Part shown: piece after piece, positions 37,105 through 48,800 of the stretch
Layout: each line of letters begins with the position of its first letter
How positions within the stretch are numbered: the stretch's first letter is position 1
Source of the DNA: Sphyrna mokarran
Taxonomy: Eukaryota
DNA: 64,000 nucleotides
Direction of reading: 5' to 3'
NCBI GenBank assembly: GCA_024679065.1
Contig: JAGIQG010000016.1
Coordinates: 1,612,001 to 1,676,000, forward strand
The notes under the pieces: generated by a model
The model's database searches: none
Seen by the model: the letters and a program-made list of their open reading frames with translations, nothing else
Told to the model about the DNA's origin: nothing
Translations under genes and position numbers: made by a program

Positions 37105-38400
37105 GCTATCTCTGTAAACTCCTCCAGGCCCTACATCCCCATCCTATCTCTGTAACCTCCTCCAGGCCCTACATCCCCATCCTATCTCTGTAACCTCCTC
37201 CAGGCCCTACATCCCCATCCTATCTCTGTAACCTCCTCCAGTCCCTACACTCCCTCCCTATCCCTGTAACCTCCTCCAGTCCCTACACCCCCTCCCTATC
37301 TCTGTAACCTCCTCCAGCCCCTACACCCCCTCCCTATCTCTGTAACCTCCTCCATCCCCTACACCCCCTCCCTATCTCTGTAACCTCCTCCAGCCCCTAT
37401 ACCCCCTCCCTATCTCTGTAACCTCCTCCAGCCCCTACACCCCTCCCTATCTCTGTAACCTCCTCCAGCCCCCTACACCCCCTCCCATCTCTGTAACCTT
37501 CTCCAGCCCCTACACCCCCTCCCTAACTCTGTATCCCCCTCCAGTCCCTACACCCCTCCCTATCTCTGTAACCTCCTCCAGCCCCTACACCCTCTCCCTA
37601 TCTCTGTAACCCCCTCCAGTCCCTACACCCCTCCCTATCTCTGTAACCTCCTCCAGCCCCTACACCCCCTCCCTATCTCTGTAACCTCCTCCAGTCCCTA
37701 CACGCCCTCCCTATCTCTGTAACCTCCTCCAGCCCCTACACACCCTCCCTATCTCTGTAACCTCCTCCAGTCCCTACACCCCCTCCCTATCTCTGTAACC
37801 TCCTCCAGTCCCCACACACCCCCCATCTCTGTAACCTCCTCCAGCCCCTACACCCCCTCCCTATCTCTGTAACCCTCCAGTCCCTACACCCCCTCCCTAT
37901 CTCTGTAACCTCCTCCAGTCCCTACACCCCCTCCTTATCTCTGTAACCCTCTCCAGCCCCTACACCCCCTCCCCTCTCTGTAACCTCCTCCAGCCCCTAC
38001 ACCCCCTCCTATCTCTGTAACCTCCTCCAGCCCTACACCCCCTCCCTATCTCTGTAACCCCCTCCAGCCCCTACACCCCCCCTATCTCTTTAACCCCCTC
38101 CAGCCCCTACACCCCCTCCCTATCTCTGTAACCTCCTCCAGCCCCTACACCCCCTCCCTATCTCTGTAACCTCCTCCAGTCCCTACACCCCCTCCCTATC
38201 TCTGTAACCTCCTCCAGCCCCTACACCCCCTCCCTATCTCTGTAACCTCCTCTAGCCCCTGCACCCCTCCGAGATCTCTGCATGTTCCTCCAATTCCGGC
38301 CTCTTGAGCATCCCCTAATTCCCATCGCTTTGCCATCGGGGGCCATGCCTTCAGCTGCCTGGGGGGCCCTAAGCTCTGGAATTCCCTCCCAAAACCTCTT
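37105..38400 (+). repeat. 38-bp L2-derived satellite (about 30 copies) plus L2 3' remnant
   Basis: Reverse complement of the 28560-31060 unit; followed by degenerate, frameshifted L2 sequence encoding PRSL..SSNSGLLSIP..AFSCL..PKLWNSLPKPL. Confidence 0.92.
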
Positions 38401-38684
38401 CACCTCTCTCACTCACTCCATCTCTCTCTCTCTCTCACTCACACACACACGTTCTGTCTCTCTCTCTCTCCTTTCTCCTTCAGGAACTGATTATGAACAG
38501 ATCTCTGGGAGATTTTGGGATTGCCTCTCCCTGCTATCCCCAGGGATCTGGGAGTCAATTTTCTGTCTGATTAATGCTCCAGTGCAGCATCATGGGCTGT
38601 TTGAGGATGTGAAGGGTGCCATTAAAATGCAGAAACTGCTGGCAGTTCCAGAGAAGTTTCTAGAAGCTTCAGACGTAGACCTAC

Positions 38685-38730
38685 CTTGCAACAGGGCAAG
38701 GAACAAAGCGATTCTTATAACCGGGAACAT
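38685..38730 (-). CDS. Siglec/MAG-like gene A, signal-peptide exon
   Basis: ATG at 38730 gives MFPVIRIALFLALLQ+G, then a phase-1 donor G|GTAGGT (46 nt). It joins in frame to the V-set exon. Confidence 0.8.
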
Positions 38731-38760
38731 TGGGACTCAACCGAACTTTGGAGAAGTTCA

Positions 38761-38809
38761 AAATAGGAACTGAAATCTTTGGCTGACACAACAAAATCTG
38801 AAATAGAAA
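38761..38809 (+). promoter_or_regulatory. ETS-IRF composite-like and ISRE-like motifs upstream of the gene A ATG
   Basis: AAATAGGAACTGAAA (GGAAnnGAAA) at 38761-38775 and GAAATAGAAA at 38800-38809. The second also reads as a minus-strand splice acceptor. Confidence 0.35.
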
Positions 38810-38884
38810 TTGGAGAACAAAACACTCAGTGTGCAAAAAGTGAACACACATCAGCAGACAGGAGACAGAGCATCGGAATAATTC

Positions 38885-40118
38885 ACTGTCCCCCCATCAA
38901 ACACTCCCAGGACAGGTACAGCACGGGGTTAGATAAAGAGTAAAGCTCCCTCTACACTGTCCCCCATCAAACACTCCCAGGACAGGTACAGCACGGGGTT
39001 AGATACAGAGTAAAGCTCCCTCTACACTGTCCCCATCAAACACTCCCAGGACAGGTACAGCACGGGGTTAGATACAGAGTAAAGCTCCCTCTACACTGTC
39101 CCCCATCAAACACTCCCAGGACAGGTACAGCACGGGGTTAGATACAGAGTAAAGCTCCCTCTACACTGTCCCCCATCAAACACTCCCAGGACAGGTACAG
39201 CACGGGGTTAGATACAGAGTAAAGCTCCCTCTACACTGTCCCCCATCAAACACTCCCAGGACAGGTACAGCACGGGGTTAGATACAGAGTAAAGCTCCCT
39301 CTACACTGTCCCCCATCAAACACTCCCAGGACAGGTACAGCACGGGGTTAGATACAGAGTAAAGCTCCCTCTACACTGTCCCCCCATCAAACACTCCCAG
39401 GACAGGTACAGCACGGGGTTAGATACAGAGTAAAGCTCCCTCTACACTGTCCCCATCAAACACTCCCAGGACAGGTACAGCACAGGGTTAGATACAGAGT
39501 AAAGCTCCCTCTACACTGTCCCCATCAAACACTCCCAGGACAGCGTTAGATACAGAGTAAAGCTCCCTCTTACACTGTCCCCCCATCAAACACTCCCAGG
39601 ACAGGTACAGCACGGGGTTAGATACAGAGTAAAGCTCCCTCTACACTGTCCCCCATCAAACACTCCCAGGACAGGTACAGCACGGTTAGATACAGAGTAA
39701 AGCTCCCTCTACACTGTCCCCCATCAAACACTCCCAGGACAGGTACAGCACGGGGTTAGATACAGAGTAAAGCTCCCTCTACACTGTCCCCATCAAACAC
39801 TCCCAGGACAGGTACAGCACGGGGTTAGATACAGAGTAAAGCTCCCTCTACACTGTCCCCCATCAAACACTCCCAGGACAGGTACAGCACGGGGTTAGAT
39901 ACAGAGTAAAGCTCCCTCTACACTGTCCCCATCAAACACTCCCAGGACAGGTACAGCACGGGGTTAGATACAGAGTAAAGCTCCCTCTACACTGTCCCCA
40001 TCAAACACTCCCAGGACAGGTACAGCACGGGGTTAGATACAGAGTAAAGCTCCCTCTACACTGTCCCCCCATCAAACACTCCCAGGACAGGTACAGTATG
40101 GTGTTAGATACAGAGTAA
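38885..40118 (-). repeat. 70-bp satellite in inverted orientation, resuming at 42866-43371
   Basis: Reverse complement of the 20676-25465 unit. Confidence 0.96.
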
Positions 40119-42810
40119 ACTAAAGAGAAAATGCTGGAAAGTCTCAGCAGATCTGGCAGCATCTGTAAGGAGAGGAAAGAACATAAGAAACAGGAGCAGG
40201 AATTGGCCATCCAGCCCCTCGAGCCTGCCCCGTCATTCAATAAGATCATGGCTGATCTGTAGTGGTTCAATACCACTTTCCCGCTTTCTCCCCATAACCC
40301 TTCATTCCCTTGTCTATCAGAAACCTATTTACCCGTGATTTAAATATATTCAGCGAGTAGCCTCCACCACTTCAATGGACAGAGAATTCCAAAGATTCAC
40401 CACCTTTTGAGTGAAGAAGTTCCTCCTCAATTCTGATCAAAACCATCCCCACCTTCTTTTGAGGCTGTGCCCTCTAGTCCTGCTATCCTTTCTAAGTGGG
40501 AAGAGTCTCTCAGCCTCTACCCTATCCATCCCCTTTATTATCTTATATGTCTCTATAAGATCCCCTCTCAGCCTTCTAAACTCCAAAGAATACAAACCCA
40601 GCCTATTCAGTCTCTCCTCATAATCCAACGCCCTCATCTCTGGTTTCAGCCTAGTGAACCTTCTCTGCACCCCCTCCAAGGCCAATATATCTTTTCTTGA
40701 ATGCAGCGACCAAAACTGCACACAGTACTCCAGCTGCGGCCTCACCAGTACCCTATACAGCTGTAACAGAAACCTCCCTACTTTTATATTCTATGTCCCT
40801 CGCTATAAAGGCCAACATTGCATTCGTCTTCTTAATCACCTGCTGCACCTGGATACTGTGTTTTTGCGATTCGTGCACAAGGACCCCCAGGTCCCTCTGC
40901 ACTGTCGCATGCTGCAGCTTTTCTCCATTTAAATAGTAATCCTTCCTACTGTTATTCCTACCAAAGTGGATAACCTCACACTTGCTAACATTATACTCCA
41001 TCTGCCAGGTCCTCGCCCACTCACTCAACCTATCCAGATCCCTCTGCAGGCTTTCCACATCCTCCATGCAATTTGCTTTTCCACTCATCTTCGTGTCATC
41101 AGCAAATTTCGTCACCCTGCACTCAGCCCCTTCCTCCAGGTCGTCTATGTAAATGGTAAATAGTTGAGATCCCAGCACCGATCCCTGGGGCACTCCACTA
41201 GTCACCAGCTGCCAATCAGAATAGCACCCATTAATACCTACTCTCTGCTTTCTATTAGACAACCAATCCTCCATCCAGTCTAACACCCCACCCCCAACCC
41301 CCTGCACCCTAACCTTCTGCAGCAATCCTTTGTGAGACACCTTATCAAACGCCTTCTGGAAAAGAGCTGATGTTTCAAGTCCAGATGATCCTTTGTCAAA
41401 GCTCAAAAGACGAGAAAGTGGGAGATATTTATACCGCAGAGTGAGGGAATGAGAGACAAGACACGTACAGAAACCAGGGGAAAGGCTGCTGATGGCAGCC
41501 CATAGAGAGAATAAAGGGTGTGAATGACCACACGGCAGAGACGCTGAAATCAGAGAGTAAAGTGTGACAGACAGAGGTGTGGGGAGAGGAGGGAGAATGG
41601 AACAGAGGGAAAATGTAGAAAAGGGGAAGCGGGGGGGATGAAGGATAAGGGAACAGGAATAAAGCAGCAGGAATGAGTCGGGGGGGAGGGGGCGGTGGGA
41701 AAGAAAAATGGGAGAACTCCCAGAACAAAGATGGAGTCCCCCTTGTTGTCAGAAATCACCCCGCCAGCCTCCACATGCAAAGCATAATCCTCCGCCATTT
41801 TCACCAACTCCAGCCTGATGTCACCACCAAACACATCTTCCCTTCATTCCCTCTGTCGGCACTCCACAGGTGTCGTTCCCTCCAGGATAACCGAGTCCAC
41901 TCCTCCACTGTACCCAACACCTCCCCCGTCACTCATGGCATCTTCCCGTGCAATCGCAGGAAGTATAACTCCTGTCCCTTTCTTGCTCACCGTCCAAGGC
42001 CCAAAACATTCATTCCAGGTTAAGCAGTGTTTCACTTGCAATATGTTGGATTGCATTCGCTGCTCCCAATGTTGTCTCCTCTATATTGGGAAGACCATAC
42101 ATAGACTGAGTGACTGCTTTGCAAAGCACCTTCGGTCTGTACACAATCAGGACCCTGAGCTTCCAGTTGCTGCCATTTTAACACACGATTCTGCTCCGGT
42201 GCCCACGTGTCTGTCTTTGGCCTGCTGCAATGTTCCAGTGAAGCTGAATGCAAACTAGAGGGACAGCATTTCATCTCCCAGCTCGGTATTTTACAGCCTT
42301 CCATCTCAACATCAAATTCAACAAGTTCAGATGGTGTGCACTACCCCAACTCCACCCCTCCATTTCCCTTCGATTTTATTTAATATTTTACTGTTCTCCA
42401 TCTTTCATTTCTTTATTGCCTTTATTTATTTTTCTTCCCTCTCACTCCTTCCCCTACTTTATCCCTCCCCTCTTAACTTTTCTCCCCCCGCTTCCCCTTT
42501 TCTACATACTCCCTCTGTCCAATTTCCCCCTCGTTCCCCCCGCATCTCCGTCTGTCACAGTTTACTCTCTGATTTCAGCGTCTCTGCCATGTGGTCATTC
42601 ACACCCTTTATTCTCTCCCTGGGCTGCCATTAGCAGCCTTTCCCCTTTCTGTAGTTATGACTCGTCTCTCATTCCCTCCTGCTGCGGTATAAATATCTCC
42701 CAGTTTCTCTGCCTTTTAGCTTCGACAAAGGGTCATCCGGACTCAAAACTTTTCTCTCCTTACAGATGCCGCCAGGCCTGCTGAGATGTTTCACCATTTT
42801 CTTTTTCGGT
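40118..42810 (+). mobile_element. Penelope-like retroelement remnant (GIY-YIG endonuclease) with inverted pseudo-LTR arms
   Basis: 41720-42335 encodes VPLVV..HP..IILRHF..IFPS.P..FPCNRR..GPKHSFQVKQCFTC..IRCSQCCLLYIGKT..RL..FAKHLRSV. Segments 40118-40157 plus 41361-41640 are the reverse complement of about 42470-42810. Confidence 0.85.
40158..41362 (-). mobile_element. CR1 LINE inserted into the left arm of the Penelope element
   Basis: [20 protein letters not shown] plus 3' tail; closely similar to 57690-58880. Confidence 0.93.
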
Positions 42811-43727
42811 TAAAGATTCCAACATCTGCCACAATTTACTTTTCTCCAGGTAGAGACTAAAGCACCATCAAACACTCCCAGGACAGGTACAGCACAGGGT
42901 TAGATACAGAGTAAAGCTCCCTCTACACTGTCCCCCCATCAAACACTCCCAGGACAGGTACAGCACGGGGTTAGATACAGAGAAAAGCTCCCTCTACACT
43001 GTCCCCCCATCAAACACTCCCAGGACAGGTACAGCACGGGGTTAGATACAGAGTAAAGCTCCCTCTACACTGTCCCCCCATCAAACACTCCCAGGACAGG
43101 TACAGCACGGAGTTAGATACAGAGTAAAGCTCCCTCTACACTGTCCCCCCATCAAACACTCCCAGGACAGATACAGCATGGGGTTAGATACAGAGTAAAG
43201 CTCCCTCTACACTGTCCCCCATCAAACACTCCCAGGACAGGTACAGCACGAGGTTAGATACAGAGTAAAGCTCCCTCTACACTGTCCCCCATTAAACACT
43301 CCCAGGACAGGTACAGCACAGGGTTAGATACAGAGTAAAGCTCCCTCTACACTGTCCCCCATCAAACACTCACAGGAGAGTTACAGCAAGCAGATGTGAT
43401 CTTGAAGAGATCTCGATGTCCGGGGAGAGTTGGAGTGTACGTGTGTTCTGGAGTGAGGTGGTGGACATACTCGAGAGTGAAAGGAGAGTTGCGAGTTGAC
43501 AGTTTGCTCTTTGTGTGCAGCTGTCTTTAGAACTGCTGTCATAGAGTAACAGACAGGATGCTGAAATCACTGCTGATTCCGCATTTAGAGATCAGCAAGG
43601 AAAGGTCTTGCACAAGACTCTCCAAATATGCAAATCGGATGTATATACTCACACGCACCAAGGAGACAACCATCCCCAACAAAACAGCACCCGTAACAAT
43701 TCCATCTCCCAACTCTCTTTCCGCATT

Positions 43728-44925
43728 GCGCTCCCTCTGCACTGACCCTCTGACAGTGCAGCGCTCCCTCAGCACTGACCCTCTGACAGTGCGGCGCTCC
43801 CTCAGTACTGACCCTCTGACAGTGCGGCGCTCCCCCAGCACTGACCCTCTGACAGTGCAGCACTCCCTCAGCGCTAATCCTCTGACAGTGCGGCACTCCC
43901 TCAGCACTGACCTTCTGACAGTGCGGCACTCGCTCAGCACTGACCCTCTGACAGTGCGGCACTCCCTCAGCACTGACCCTCTGACAGTGCGGCACTCCCT
44001 CAGCACTGACACTCTGACAGTGCGGCACTCCCTCAGCACTGACCCTCTGACAGTGCGGCACTCCCTCAGCTCTGACCATCTGACAGTGCGGCAATCCCTC
44101 AGTACTGACCCTCTCAGCACAGTGCGGCACTCCCTCAGTACTGACCCTCTGAAGTACTGCACTGACCCTCTGACAGTGCGGCACTCCCTCAGCACTGACC
44201 CTCTGACAGGGCCTCCTCAGCACTGACCCTCTGACAGTGCGGCACTCCTCAGCACTGGACCCTCTGACAGTGCGGCACTCCCTCAGCACTGTCTGACAGT
44301 GCAACACTCCCGCACTGCCCTCTGACAGTGTCCTCAGCACTGACCTCTGACAGTGCGGCACTCCCTCAGCACTGACCCTCTGACAGTGCGGCACTCCCTC
44401 AGCACTGACCCTCTGACAGTGCGGCACTCCCTCAGCACTGACCCTCTGACAGTGCGGCACTCCCTCAGTACTGACCCTCTGACAGTGCACTCCCTCAGCA
44501 CTGACCCTCTGACAGTGCGGCACTCCCTCAGCACTGACCCTCTGACAGTGCGGCACTCCCTCAGCACTGACCCTCTGACAGTGCGGCACTCCCTCAGCAC
44601 TGACCCTCTGACAGTGCGGCACTCCCTCAGCACTGACCCTCTGACAGTGCGCACTCCCTCAGTACTGACCCTCTGACAGTGTCAGCACTGACCCTCTGAC
44701 AGTGCGGCTCCCTCAGCACTGACCCTCTGACAGTGCGGCACTCCCTCAGCACTGACCCTCTGACAGTGCAGCACTCCCTCAGCACTGAACCTCTGACAGT
44801 GCCGCACTCCCTCAGCACTGAACCTCTGACAGTGTGGCACTCCCTCAGCACTGACCCTCTGACAGTGCAGCACTCCCTCAGCACTGACCCTCTGACAGTG
44901 CGGCACTCCCTCAGCACTGACCCTT
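43728..44925 (-). repeat. 33-bp minisatellite, array 2
   Basis: Reverse complement of the unit at 2108-2377. Confidence 0.95.
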
Positions 44926-46514
44926 GGCTGTGCTTCCCTGGCTGCTGATCTTTCTCGGAAATTCCTTGCCCATTGCAGACACGATTAAATTCAGGGCCCT
45001 GAGTTTTGATATAATTTTAATTTTAGTTGAACTAAGCTTTTTGCCACCAGGTGAGGATATTGCTCCTCAACAGATTTGATCCCACCCACATCCATCAACA
45101 TTTCAGAGCGTCAGTCAGGCTCAATACATATTCCCCGAGGCTGCCCAGTTATTCAGCCCCTCGAGTCTGTTACACAGGAACAGGAGGAGGCCATTCAGCC
45201 CCTCGAGCCTGTTACACAGGAACAGGAGGAGGCCCCATTCAGCCCCTCGAGCCTGTTACACCAGAACAGGTGGAGGCCCCATTCAGCCCCTCGAGCCTGT
45301 TACACAGGAGGAGGCCACATTCAGAAGTCTCATGACTGAGAGCGGGGGGCGGGGTGTCAGTAATGAGATGGTCTGAGATATTTCTGGATCTGGGATGGGA
45401 TCTGTATCCTGTCTCCTGCTGTAAAATACACCAAGATCTTGAGCAACCAGCTGCCCATAGATTCAGGGCTGTGATCTGTATTTCTGGATCGATGATTGAA
45501 AACGCGACATGGTGGCAGCTGGCAAAATCCAAAACAGTTTTCCACACAGAATCATGGCGGGAGAAAGGATTCTTTCCGCACATTCTGCTGTGAACCTAAT
45601 CCCCCCACAACCGGAGCTGTAGACACTGGGAACAGTTACCAGGGAATGAAACAAGGAAAAGTTTCCAGAGATCGCCGGGAAGCAGAATTCTCACTGATCG
45701 GGAAACTCCCATGCCAGCAGAGATGGGATAATTATTATTATTTTTCTTGTTTCCAGTCCATTCAACCCCACTTTCTACATCATCCAGTCAGAAACAGCGT
45801 CTTTCGCCGTCCCCCAGACTCCGCGTCCTGGCACCTTAGCCGGAATTTTACCGGCACGCCAGCCCCAATCCCAGAAGTGGACGAGACTCGGAGAACGGTA
45901 TTGCTCGTTGGCCTCGGATGGGATGGAACTCCGGGGTTGGCGGGGTGGAGGGTGGAAAATGTGCCAGTAAAATTCCACCCCTCATTCCCGAGGCCCGGCA
46001 AAATAAAAGAAGAAAATTATTAACGACTCACTTTGCCCAATCCGGGCACTTTGCCCTCTGTGAGAACTACCCCCCTCCGAGGGGAATTCCTCACCCCACA
46101 ATCTGTTAAAGTGAGTGTGTAAAGGGGCACAATCGGCTCATCAGCAGCCTCTAGTGATTAAATATAGAATAACTCCCTGAGACTTTCTGTAAAATTAACA
46201 AATAACACTTTATTTATCAAACTCACAGTGAACAGATTAACTAAACTATTAACAAACCAAATAAAACACCATTCTAACAGAATGCTGTTTAGAGAAATAT
46301 ATAAACTGTCATTTTTGCAGGACGATCCTTCGCTTCGACTGAAAACAGGATTATTTGTGGAAATGTGTAATGTTAAGAAGAGAAAGCATTACATGATTCA
46401 GTTACCAAGGCAACAAGCTTCTGAATTTGAATCAGGCACTTAAATACCAACAGAATTTATTGTAGAGCAACTGAATAGAGTAACATCCTACTTTTTAATT
46501 TATATTCACTCTCC

Positions 46515-46890
46515 CCAATTACCCTCTACAAATACCATCTCCAATTCCCCCCCAATGACCCTCCCCAATTGCCCTGCAAAATTACCCTCCCCAATTAACC
46601 TTCCCAATTATCCTCCCCAATTATCCTTCCCAATGACCCTCCCCAATTACCCTCACCCTTCCCAATTACCCTCACCCTCTCCAATTACCCTCCCAATTAC
46701 CCTCCCCAATTACCCTCCCAATTACCATCCCCAATTACCCTCACCCTTCCCAATTACCCTCACCCTTCCCAATTACCCTCCCAAATTACCCTCCCCAATT
46801 ACCCTCACCCTCCCCAAACACCCTCCCCAATGACCCTCCCCAATGACCCTCCCCAATGACCCTCCCCAATGACCCTCCCCAATGATCCCC
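46515..46890 (+). repeat. CCCTCCCCAATTA/CCCAATGA low-complexity tandem repeat
   Basis: Visible periodicity of about 13 bp. Confidence 0.85.
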
Positions 46891-47374
46891 CCCCACCCAG
46901 TTGCTCTCCCCAATTTCTCTATCCAATCACAATCACAGCAATATGTAATCTGTCATTTTGTAGGAAGATCCTCTGTCTCGCAGTCACTGGTGAAGCCAGC
47001 CAAGAAATCTAACGTCTTATCAAAACGTTCAGAATTCCTCATTTCCTGTTCCGCTGGGATTCTCCCAATGCCGAGAGCGGTGTCAGGATTGGAGTCCTCA
47101 CAGGAGGGGATTGTTAAGGTTTGGCGTCTCTTCATTAGAAGCCAAGCAGTGGCTGAATGGGTCAGCATGCTCCTCTACTCTGCTGAGTCAATGAAAGATG
47201 ATTCAATCCGACAGTAATTGGACAGTTGATGAATCATCTGCCAACTTTGATGATTTGAAATCTTTCGACATCCACCACAACGTGAGATCCAAAGAAATAG
47301 AGTGATCTATATTGAGTAAGGGAGCCTAGCCCCTTTGCTTACTGTAGGTTCCCGCTCTAACTGGTGGAACAGTG

Positions 47375-47600
47375 CTATTTTTTACACTCTTGTGCACTGT
47401 CTCCAGTGCCCTTCATTGTCAGAACTATCTTCGATGCCCAATTCAAACTTATATCTGCCTTTGCTAGTAACTGCCATTGAATAGCCTCATTATTCATCCG
47501 GCAGACTAATCCGTCCCACAGCATATCATTCAGAGTGGCTCCAAAGTTGCAGCATTCTAAGGTTTTCAGCAGTTGAACAGCTGGCAAGCATTCTCACATA
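47375..47600 (-). mobile_element. degenerate Ty3/Gypsy gag remnant
   Basis: CNFGATLNDMLWDGLVCRMNNEAIQWQLLAKADISL resembles the CxFG..L.DMLRDRLVCG..IQ..LL motif of K02A2.6-type Gypsy Gag. Confidence 0.65.
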
Positions 47601-47682
47601 TGAATAACAGCGGCTCATCTCGTTACAGGAGGATGCCTAGCATCTTTGCTATCTTGCATGCCTTGGTTTTTTGCATAAGAAC

Positions 47683-48800
47683 GGCATGGTGGTAAGGTGG
47701 GTTAGCACTGCTGCCTCACAGCACCAGGGACCTGGGTTCGATTCCTAGCTGGGTAACACAGTGGGTTAGCACCGCTGTCTCACAGCGCCAGGGACCCGGA
47801 TTCGATTCCCGGGGGCACGGTGACACAGTGGGTTAGCACTGCTGTCTCACAGCGCCAGGGACCCGGGTTCGATTCCCGGGGACACGGTGACACAGTGGGT
47901 TAGCACTGCTGTCTCACAGTGCCAGGGACCCGGGTTCGATTCCTGGCTGGGTGACACAGTGGGTTAGCACTGCTGTCTCACAGCACCAGGGACCTGGGTT
48001 CAATTCGGGGGCACGGTGACACAGTGGGTTAGCACTGCTGTCTCACAGCGCCAGGGACCCGGGTTCGATTCCCGGGGACACGGTGACACAGTGGGTTAGC
48101 ACTGCTGTCTCACAGCGCCAGGGACCCGGGTTCGATTCCCCGGGGGCACGGTGACACAGTGGGTTAGCACTGCTGTCTCACAGCGCCAGGGACCCGGGTT
48201 CGATTCCCAGGGGCACGGTGACACAGTGGGTTAGCACTGCTGCCTCACAGCGCCAGGGACCCGGGTTCGATTCCCGGGGGCACGGTGACACAGTGGGTTA
48301 GCACTGCTGTCTCACAGAGCAGGGACCCGGGTTCGATTCCCGGGGGCACGGTGACACAGTGGGTTAGCACTGCTGTCTCACAGAGCAGGGACCCGGGTTC
48401 GATTCCCGGGGGCACGGTGACACAGTGGGTTAGCACTGCTGTCTCACAGAGCAGGGACCCGGGTTCGATTCCCGGGGGGCACGGTGACACAGTGGGTTAG
48501 CACTGCTGTCTCACAGTGCCAGGGACCCGGGTTCGATTCCTGGCTCGGGTCATTGTCTGTGTGGGGTCTGCACATTCTCCACATGTCTGTGTGGCTTTCC
48601 TCCGGGAGCTCCGGTTTCCTCCCACACTCCAAATGCTGTGTGGGTTAGATGAATTGGCCGTGCTAAATTGCCCCTGAGTGTCAGGGAACTAGCTAAGGTA
48701 AATGCATGGGGTTATGGGGATAGGGCCAGGGTGGGATTGAGGTCAGTACAGACTCGATGGACTGAATGGCCTCCTTCTGTATTGTCAGAATTCTATGATT
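47683..48800 (+). mobile_element. V-SINE with about 13 tandem tRNA-derived heads
   Basis: Head repeats at 47683-48540 are contiguous with the V-domain body and a TTCTATGATT tail. Confidence 0.9.

Noticed and set aside
17237-38730. naming gene A MAG, CD22 or CD33
   Set aside because: Domain count (4), tail and divergence fit none of them cleanly; orthology needs a phylogeny, so no symbol is given.
43539-44948. Cys/His-rich 11-aa repeat proteins (PHCQRVSAEGV / RECRTVRGSVL)
   Set aside because: A 33-bp satellite that stays open by chance and occurs four times in both orientations, including inside introns.
47683-48540. tandem tRNA gene cluster (tRNA-Val-like)
   Set aside because: The units have A/B boxes and a T-arm but no proper acceptor or anticodon stems, and they are contiguous with a V-SINE body. 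The same applies to 19490-20092 and 60280-62010.
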